From Tubiluchus corallicola (Eukaryota > Animalia > Priapulida), in the NCBI GenBank assembly GCA_030141605.1, contig JAQGDQ010000056.1:558001-622000 (forward strand): 64,000 nucleotides of DNA, given 5' to 3'. Below the pieces are notes generated by a model. It saw nothing but the letters and a program-made list of their open reading frames with translations. It did no database searches and was not told where the DNA came from. This document shows positions 51,201 to 64,000 of the stretch, in pieces; positions within the stretch are counted from its first letter, which is position 1; each line of letters starts with the position of its first letter. The position numbers and the translations under genes are program-made.

Positions 51201-54200
51201 GTTTTCAGTTCATAAACGTTCAGGATCTTCCAAGGCATTTCCACATGCCTTTTACCTTCAGCATTGATTTTGCACACCTGCATTATCCTCCGTCAACATC
51301 CTGATAGAGATTTCTTCACTATGTCACACTGTACTATCACAATGTTTCCACCACTTGCCAGTGAGCTTGTTGTTCTGACTTTTAATTTGTAGTCTAATGA
51401 ATTTATGCTGGTTCTTTTAACATTTGTTGTTGAAGTTATAATTCCTTCTAAATTATGTTCGTTCATCAGCAACTTTGTCACCTTTGTCTTTTCGTAGTTG
51501 TGTCTAACTTCTTCACAAAACTCGCACTTCACTGAACAATAACTCTATTGATATTGTTGGAAAGGTTTTTGTCGCCTGTTAGATATATCTGCTTGCGAAG
51601 GCATCTTATCTTAGGCCTACCGTTTTGTGCCATGTGGTTATTAATAACAATTACCATAAATCCTAGTTTTTATCTGCTGCCCAAGTTTACATTTCCTTGG
51701 CGGGGCTTTTGCAGTTTTTTTTAAAGAAAAGTCGATTCTGCTGTTATTCGCTGAAAGCTGGAGCTTAGGGCCGACCCGTTCACAAGATGAGCAACCTAGG
51801 ATGGGGTTACAAAGCCGCAAACATTTGGTTGGTTGAAACCTAATGTAGTCTAAGTCGTTGTAAGGTTCGCCCATCATGTGATGAGGGCTTGCTATCATAG
51901 CAGTCTCGATTCTCAGTTACTGCGATACTGTGTGTGGTACATTTTTTGAATACAGTGCATTCATTAAAATTTTGAAAAGTTGTGGCGGCCGCGCAGAAAT
52001 TCAGCTGGGCGCAAGAAATCAAAATGTGTGACTAGTTTTTTTTTCATTGCGTCAGTTTCGCTGTTTGAATTAGTATTCAAGGATGTGTTTTTGTTAATAA
52101 TCAATTATTGAGTGGTAAATTCATTTAATTTATTTAGAAATATGCAAGCAACCTTGGTAGTACTAACTCATACTGCAAAGTATAGCTTGGCATACTGAAT
52201 TTCATACAGACTTTCATTTATCTGAGATATCTTATGTAAATGTTATTCAAGATTGGCCTACCCGTTATGTGATGACTGATGAGTCACTTTATTAAGACCA
52301 AATTTTTATGGTTTCGTTATTATAGTCGCAGCAAGTCACGATTTAAAGCGTAATGTGTCCGATTTGTGTTTTAGTTTGTCTATTTCAAATTGTTTGTTTC
52401 TTTGCCACATTAGGACTAAAATCAGTTACAATTACAGGGTAAGCATAGGTGTAGAAGTATAAGCGAAATTGGCTAAATGCATTTATCTTATTAAAATGAA
52501 TTCATTTAAAGGTTATACTTGGAAGCGGCTTTAATTTGATTAAAATCTTTCAGTTGTTAGTTGGAACTTCTACACTTCGAAAAGGAATGTATTTATTGTT
52601 TTTGTTTGTCAAAAGTTTAGCCAGGTTCAGTACTAAGTTGTCCAAGGAAAGTATAATTATTTTGTAATAAAAGGTGTCTAGTTTTTCCTAGTATGAATTA
52701 TGAGACAGCAGTTACTGTACATGAGCTCATTCTCGTCACTAACGCGTGAAACTAGCACCGGCTTCTCGGCTTCTCATTTAATTTTCATTATCATTATAAA
52801 AGTTGTCGGTGAAAGGAAATACGAGAATGGCAGAAAGTGCTTGGTTTATTGATTGAACTGCTAGTAGCTTCCTGTCAACAACTGAACAACATGCTGTTCA
52901 CATGTAATAGTCAGCAGAATTAACGTTGCTGAGGCTATTTTGCTTGGTATATGCACTTGTTTGTTTGCTTTTGTGTTTGTTTGTCTGTCTGTCCAGAGTA
53001 GTATCTAGCTGATGCCATTAAATTTGGCGAGGCTGTTTAAGTTTAGGTTCTCTGTTTTTTATAGGAGCTCGGGCGCAATGCTTTAGGTCAAGGTCAAGGC
53101 CACGGGCTACTCAGGTTAGCAGTGACTGTCATTGTATATTAATTTTAGCGTTACTCAACCTGGCATGAAAGTGTAACAAAGCGCTGAAAGTCAAAGATCA
53201 AGACAGACAACGGCAAACAGAAACGGCTAAGGTTAATACATGTACAGTACCTAAGCACAGTTTCCTTAGTTACTTGAGGGTGTTCTCCATTTTTAGCGCT
53301 TTGTCTTACTTTCTTCCGGGTAGAATATCGCTAAAATGAATATACAATGACAGTCACTGCTGGCATGAGTGTACTGTGACCTTGACCTTGACAATGCTAA
53401 TACCCGCAAACGAACTTAATGAACCTGTTCAGTTTACTCTTTTGCTGCTGGATTCGAATATAGAGATTAAAGCTGAAAGGTTAAGAGGATGAACTCATAG
53501 TAAAGTTGGGAATGTGTGATACTGATCCTTTTAATCCTGATAAAGAAAGCTTGCGACTCTTCATTCTGACAGGAATATGGGAATGAAAAGTGAGTGGAGG
53601 TTATAGCAAATTTGAACTAGTAGTGATTGTTTACCTTTTTACTGACGGCTATATTTCTAGTTAATAATTGTGACCGGATGTGTATATAAACATGAACGCA
53701 AGTAGCAGGTACTTCGAGGAATTGAATGGCAAACGTCTCTAGCCTAAGGCGCATATACATCCCTTTTCTCACAGTCGCACAGTAGCCCTAGTCGTACAGT
53801 AGCTATGATAATACTATGCTGGGTGACGAATGTACCATACAGCGCTAATATATTAATATGCTAGTGCTGATCAAATTTTAGAAGTTCACCTAGATTAGGC
53901 TACTTGTGATTGCTGCATCATGCAGCTTGCTTAAACGGGGAATTATTTTTTTTTAGAAAATCGAATGTCACGCGCCATTTTATAGCTTAGTTACTGTATA
54001 GACTACATTCAGATGTTCGATGTTAATCCAGAGTTCTTATCAACTTATTGGACTGTCAGATTTTTGTAATCCTGACAAATGAGTTAGGCGTTTGTGCTTA
54101 TCTTTATGTAAACATCAACAGGAGAATGATAGTGTGCAATCCCCAAGTTTTATAACTTCTATGCAAAAGAAGCTTAATGTACTTATCTCCTTAAATAAGC

Positions 54201-55891
54201 ACAAGTTGATATTTATCTCGTTCCTGCAATGTAAGATTTTTTTTACAAAACTACAGTATGCCTTGGTGACAGGTAATAAAATCACAGGAAAATGTCACGG
54301 AAATGTCACAATATTGGCTAGGACGGCCTTAAACCCAGGTAAAAAAGTTACAGGTAAAAACAGCCACAGATGAAAATGTGACAGAAAAAAGTCACAGGAA
54401 AAAAGTTGTAGGAAAAAGTCACAATTAATTTTTGCTAAGGTTAAGGTCAGGGCTGTTTCTTTTTTTCTGTGACTTTTTTTATCTGGATTCTATGTCGTCC
54501 AGGGCCACAACACTGGCTCAGCATAAATTAATTTGGAAGCCGATTTTTGTAAATGACGGTTACGCGTACTTTGAGAAAGTGTGGAACTATGATTTTATAT
54601 AAGTTTCGGCAACTGATATTACGATCGCTTTCTGTGTAGTAATCAGTAATATAATGTGGTTGTTTAAATTTATTTCCCTGCTCTGCGTCTTGGATCTGCT
54701 TTTCTTTACTGAATGACGATTACACACAAGAATTGCAGCTGTAATGAGATTTCTGTGTAACTATAGATTTTGATTTGCATGTTTTACTAAAGAGAGGTTT
54801 TCAAATGACTGTTACTACGTACATGATCAATTTATTTCAGGGCCTGATTCATTATTATCTTGGCAACAACAGCATGGCGGAGAAAGTTTTACGCGATGCG
54901 GTGAAAATTGATCCGACCTCCCACGAATCTTGGTGTGTTTCCTGCTTTCTTAGAATTAATTACATTGTATTAATTAGTGATGTTGTTAAGGCACACCTGC
55001 TTACTACTGCAGCCAGTAATACGTTAGCCACATAAAAGTGATAGCATGAAACAACAGCATTTTGAAAACAAGTTGTATACACAGTGACTAATTAATTTTT
55101 TTGTAAATATGTAATAAATAATAATTAACCGGATAGTAAAGATGTATAAATGAAATGAGCAGTTATGGCAACATCGTCTTACTTTTGCCCTGTGACAGGA
55201 CATTGAACATTATTATGTTTATGAAATTTTGTTTCCCTTGCCTGTTGTGTAACCCACTGCGCGATATTAAACTATTGCGTTCCACGTAAACATTTTATCA
55301 GTTAGGTGTGAGCCATAAGGAATGCTTACTGCAGTACCGCATTGCAGTGCTTGTGCAGTAGACACTAGTATTACATTATAATAATTTCCTTTGGGGGCGT
55401 GTTTTAGTGTTTGTTTTACAGTCATGCAATTTTAATCACTAACGGAGATTCATAGAGTGTAACCATAATTTCCTTTTGCAAGTGCTAACGAACTCATTAT
55501 TGATTAAGCATTATTCCTTTTAATGTTGCTTGTATTTTCCTTTTTATTTACATGAAAAGCAGTCAATAAAGAAAAGAAATTTAGATGGTGTTAAACAGTT
55601 GTTGGAAGACTTTTCATTACATGTAGTTGATACATAATTGTAATGACTGCAAAACAGTGAGCAATGAAAAAATGATCTGAGAGCATGCGACTTAGCATGA
55701 TCTGTCACTGTGGTAAATAAATGACGGCTATGAATGTACGTAACTTTTACTTTTACAGGTTTAGAATGGGGAAAGTTTTAGAAGCAAAGGGAGACAGTGA
55801 GGATGCTAGTGAATGCCTTTTTACTGCCATTGAGTTGGAAGCTACATGTCCGGTGTTACCATTTACAACCATTCCTCGCTTTGTACTGTGA
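30261..55891 (+). CDS. TTC7: Tetratricopeptide repeat protein 7 (TTC7A/B orthologue, PI4KIII-alpha complex scaffold)
   Basis: 21 exons: 30261-30396, 32799-32947, 33801-33969, 34733-34851, 36351-36478, 36961-37076, 37607-37736, 38278-38341, 39263-39400, 39544-39627, 40089-40193, 40430-40602, 41069-41141, 42939-43099, 43423-43539, 44113-44198, 45122-45262, 45715-45812, 47629-47733, 54841-54932, 55759-55891. Total 2517 nt = 838 aa. Recognisable TTC7B-like motifs: QLAEVLLRG, EAVLSRAPE, FHIWFQFAL, LHLLALLLSA, AASRVEHALSEV, AEKVLRDAV, PVLPFTTIPR. Confidence 0.96.
30734..30931 (+). mobile_element. CR1/L2-type LINE 3' remnant in TTC7 intron 1
   Basis: GTKLWNNLPSELK..KNLKKIL resembles the conserved ORF2 C-terminal motif of CR1/L2 elements. 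Confidence 0.7.
32608..32706. repeat. ~53 bp tandem duplication
   Basis: Two copies of CCATAATA(C/T)GTAAACC(G/C)GAATGATA..TTAAGCTTCTTCCATAAAG. Confidence 0.8.
34372..34500. repeat. Minisatellite (TAATTTGATAGATGTAAA..TGTATTGTAATG)
   Basis: Four degenerate units of about 26-36 bp in TTC7 intron 3. Confidence 0.7.
41209..41460. mobile_element. Tigger/pogo-like MITE (degenerate)
   Basis: Imperfect TIRs TA|CAGGTAGTCGCACGATCTACG ... GTTGTAAGTCTACAACTACCT. The right-hand TA duplication is not intact. Confidence 0.55.
41701..42395. mobile_element. hAT (Charlie/Buster-like) non-autonomous element with a perfect 8-bp TSD
   Basis: TIRs CAGTGATTTTCAACC / GGTTGAAAAACACTG, TSD ATTTATAG on both sides, subterminal CGGCACA repeats, and an internal L2/CR1-like fragment (SKLWNSL) at about 41815-41990. 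Confidence 0.9.
48054..48389. mobile_element. hAT-type MITE
   Basis: Termini CAGAGGTCTCCAAA / TTTGGGGCTCCTG. Flanks GTCTATAT/GTTTATAT match at 7 of 8 positions. Internal GGTCGAT-like repeats. Confidence 0.7.
53087..53392. repeat. Foldback element with ~105 bp inverted arms in TTC7 intron 19
   Basis: GTCAAGGTCAAGG..GCAGTGACTGTCATTGTATATT..ACAAAGCGCT is mirrored by AGCGCTTTGT..ATATACAATGACAGTCACTGC..CCTTGACCTTGAC. Confidence 0.8.
54265..54490. repeat. MITE-like element with internal GGAAAAAAGTCACA subrepeats
   Basis: Tandem AAAAAGTCACAGG-like units, with an inverted copy CTGTGACTTTTTT near the right end. Confidence 0.55.
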
Positions 55892-56777
55892 TATATTTCT
55901 TGACAGTCAAGGCTTTTTTGTTGAATTATGACTTCATTATAGCTACACGTCCTGCAGTCATTTAGTTCAGTTACCACTCTTTTTCTTTTAATGTGTTCCC
56001 TCTGAAAAATGGCAATTCGATAATAATGTGGTCCAAGTCTAACGTGTCTTTCAAGTAGAGTATTCATATTTGGTACAGGCATTGTGGTTAGTCAGCGTGG
56101 ACCAGGATCCTAGAACCGGTGCACCCCTTAGAACACAATTATGCACCTCCTTGTTTAAAGTACGCTAATTTTAGTTAGTTCACCAATAATATTAGTAGAT
56201 GGTGACACTAGAGGAGGGCTAGTAATGCCAAAGTATTATGTACAACACAGTCACATATAGGTTAGAAAGAGAGTTCTGGCAGTTAGGCCTCAATTTTGAC
56301 ATGCTTGTAATTATACATGTGTGTAGCTTGATACTTTAGCAATTAACAATAGCTTTGCTATATTTATTATTAATAATATTATGTGAAATAAGTTTATTGT
56401 AAGTTATTAAGGTTTTGTTAAATATATACATGTAGTTTAAATTAAATTTAGAGTTTCTAGTTGTTTCCATTATTGTAGATATTTAGTTGTACATATGTAT
56501 AATTGGACAAAGGTGTTCTGCATGTCAGTTAAATGAACTGCACAGACAGAATTAGGATGTCATCAGCAGCCTAGAAGTATAAATTTATTGATGGCTATTT
56601 TATTTGTACCTTTTATGTTTGTATTATTAGTTTTATGATAATTGTGAATAATGCACAATATGTAATAAAATTATTAAAACATACCATAGAAACAAAGTTA
56701 TACTGGTTGTAATTGTCAATGCATTTCACAAAAAAATGAACATCAACATTTTGCTAAAAGTTGTACAGCTGTATGTG

Positions 56778-56783
56778 AATAAA
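56778..56783 (+). terminator. Candidate TTC7 polyadenylation signal
   Basis: AATAAA preceded by TGTA motifs and followed by a U-rich tract. An alternative AATAAA lies at about 56664. Confidence 0.45.
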
Positions 56784-57165
56784 ACCTTTTTGTATTTTAG
56801 AATTCACCAAACATTGATATAGCATTGTAGCATACATCGATCGTTTAGACAGACATCTTGGCCAGAAGACAAATCATGATATTTATCAATTTTTATAATT
56901 TCTGTTTAGTCTTGGCAGCCTGTTTATCTGTTTAGTCTGTTTATTCGTGTATAATTATTTTTTTGACAGGTGGCATTACTTTAAAGTGTAAAATATACTA
57001 ATTTTGTGTTACAGCACATACACACCAATCTTGTTTAATTTGTTTGTATATTTGATTTACATCTTGCCATGTGGTGGGCATGATTGTGCAACCAATATAG
57101 TGGTAAACCCTATGTATCACACCAATCACAAAACAACGAAAACTAAATTTGGAGAATAAAAAGGT

Positions 57166-57171
57166 TTTAAT
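57166..57171 (-). terminator. Candidate calmodulin polyadenylation signal (ATTAAA)
   Basis: The minus strand reads TGTA..TGTGAATTAAAACCTTTTT, about 1.3 kb after the stop codon. Confidence 0.4.
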
Positions 57172-58474
57172 TCACAAATTTGATAATAGTACGTACAGAG
57201 TTTCAATTGTAACAGAGACTATCGATTCAAAACTGATGAAAAACTTCAGCTGGATGCATTTAGAATATTAATTCATAAAATTTTCACAAATGTACAAGTA
57301 ACAGAATGGAATGACGTGCTCTGTGTGCATACAAATGCAAATATAATAGAGTAGTTTTTTAGGAAAAATTGATAAAGTGATATACTAAAGTGAGTTACAG
57401 AAAAGCTTGGTGGTGCAAGTCTAACATAGATTATTTTGAAGAAAGCAGAGAACACTATAAAAAACAACCATTAGGTTTCTCATAGATGATTATAATTATA
57501 TACATAGTCAATATTGTCACAGATTCAGGCAGCCCAAGAAAGAAAACATTAGGGCCATGATCACACACATGGTAAAAAACAATGGGTTAACCAAAATATG
57601 CAAAAAATTGTTTCATATATGCAGTATCTGAAGACAGTACCACAGAAGCATACAAACAAGACATGAAACATTCTAGAAAGATGGTTTTAAGCAGCAAGAA
57701 ACTTAACTCACAAAAAAACAAATGCAAAAATAACAGTTTTATTACTGCAAAAAATTTATAGTTTCTACGATACTCCATACTAATAACTGAAGAAATAACT
57801 ATCACATGAATTCATGCAAGCAATGTGTAGATCAAGTATCGATTTTGCAGTAACATGGAATAACCAGCAACATGCCAAACACAAGAAAGCAAACATACAA
57901 AAACTTCCAAACTAGTTGCTGGAAAATGAAAACAGATTCAGCCACAGTGCCCTTTCTACCAACGAAAGGTAACTTTCCAGTATTTACAGCTTGCTATCCT
58001 ATTACCCATATTAAATATAATTAATCACTCCTTAAGATTACTAAGTGACAAAAAACAAGGCAGAGATGTTTACACCAGAGACACACTTCTAATATCTAAT
58101 AATATATCATACAAAAATGTACACGTAAGGAAAGAATAACCAGCTAATGTTTATGCCCCCGTAAGTAATTACACCATCATGCCTAAGCACAGTGATTTGT
58201 ATATACCCCAAACAAAACATAACAAAGATTACAAACATAATAGAGTAACATCCAATACGATTAAGAAAATAAACAATTGTATGTTGGATTTTGAGTTTCG
58301 GCACACCAACATAGATCAGTTACATTGAAGACAAACGGCATAAATAAACAACAAAATGATCAACTTTAAATCCTCTACAGCAGGGTCCAAGAATAATCCA
58401 GATGATTAGAAATGTGCTTGGGTAGTACATGACATACCATATTCACAGTGGAAACAAAATGTAGTCAGTCAGTT

Positions 58475-63028
<4,554 letters not shown>

Positions 63029-64000
63029 CTGAAAGATAATAAACAAGGATATTATATAGCTACTATGTAACATACAGTTAATAACTTTTAAAGAGAAACT
63101 AATTTATTGTTTGTACAACTCTAGGTAAGTTTGAGTACAAGACTACAAGTAGTAATTTCAGTAACAATACAATTACACTGTACCCATTGCTCACTAACTC
63201 GCTATTAATTTGGTCCTCTTAAAATGGTCCTGTCACAGCTTATGAAGATTATTTAACATAAAAACATCTTTATTCTTACAGTACATTTTCATAAACATGT
63301 TAAAATATATAGTTCAGCATAATGGACAGTGACTATGTAGTATGTTACAGGCAAAGTGCGAAAGAGGGCATTCTATGAAATGCCCAGACATTTTAATGAG
63401 TACCAAAACAAACCAGGTATAATGGCTAAAATGATTTCTTCTACACTTTTCCTATGCACTATAAAGCAAAAGTTTTATTACGCAAAGTATGTAAATCTTT
63501 TGTTTTGGATATACTCTGTTCATGAGCATTTTATAATTAAAACGTTGCATAAATTTTAGATAAAGTAAAGGATAACAGAATGATCAACTGTCTTGAGGAA
63601 ATTTTTCTCTAGTGTATTATATAATGCCAATTTTGTTCTAGAGAATGAGCGAAATAAGCAGCACTGCCAAATGAAATTCGACTAGGTCTACATCACTAAT
63701 TAGTACACACGCCTTGTTATACAGCTGCAGACTTGCAGTAGCAAATGCTTAGTGTAAATGTCTGGACATAAACACACAACAAATAATCATAAAACTGAAA
63801 TACTAAATCATTTTTACATACAAATATTTATTCTACTATACGAAATAACTAAGTTTAACATGCCGGCGGAAGCGGTATTTCCTTTGGCGGCAACGAACCA
63901 CGTAATGTTATGTTCAACAGAATGAAGTGAAATTAGCTAAATTAAAGTTATTGTTAATTATGACGAAATAAACAATCTAATCTTTGGTAGGGAGTACAAT

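Noticed and set aside
52276-52302. CTGATGAGTC..GACCAAA hammerhead-like string
   Set aside because: The GAAA box is mutated and stems I and III cannot be formed.
49831-53483. Possible piggyBac-like element bounded by TTAA-CACTTTTCA ... TGAAAGG-TTAA
   Set aside because: The terminal match is too short and imperfect, and no transposase motifs were found.

Overview
AT-rich, intron-rich animal genomic DNA. The calmodulin residues (GFIS, EFVTMMTSK) point to an invertebrate; the species cannot be determined from the sequence. I assembled four spliced genes by hand using GT-AG sites and phase continuity. (1) Minus strand 14581->871: a gene of at least 17 exons and 966 codons for a secreted Cys-rich mosaic protease-inhibitor-like protein (signal peptide, WAP, thyroglobulin-1, antistasin, four 6-Cys repeats, an antistasin array, two Kunitz, WAP, thyroglobulin-1); its 3' end is unresolved. 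(2) RPS27A (ubiquitin-S27a, 156 aa, minus). (3) TTC7 (21 exons, 838 aa, plus), head-to-head with RPS27A across a ~300 bp promoter. (4) Calmodulin (minus; the ATG exon appears to lie outside the window), tail-to-tail with TTC7, as in vertebrate TTC7A/CALM2 and TTC7B/CALM1. Introns and the 15-26 kb spacer carry decayed mobile DNA: a LINE RT remnant, a Penelope-like element with an inverted endonuclease tail and degenerate hammerhead motifs, hAT MITEs with TSDs, a Tigger-like MITE, a Helentron-like family, a foldback and a tRNA-like element. All coordinates were read by eye and no database searches were run.
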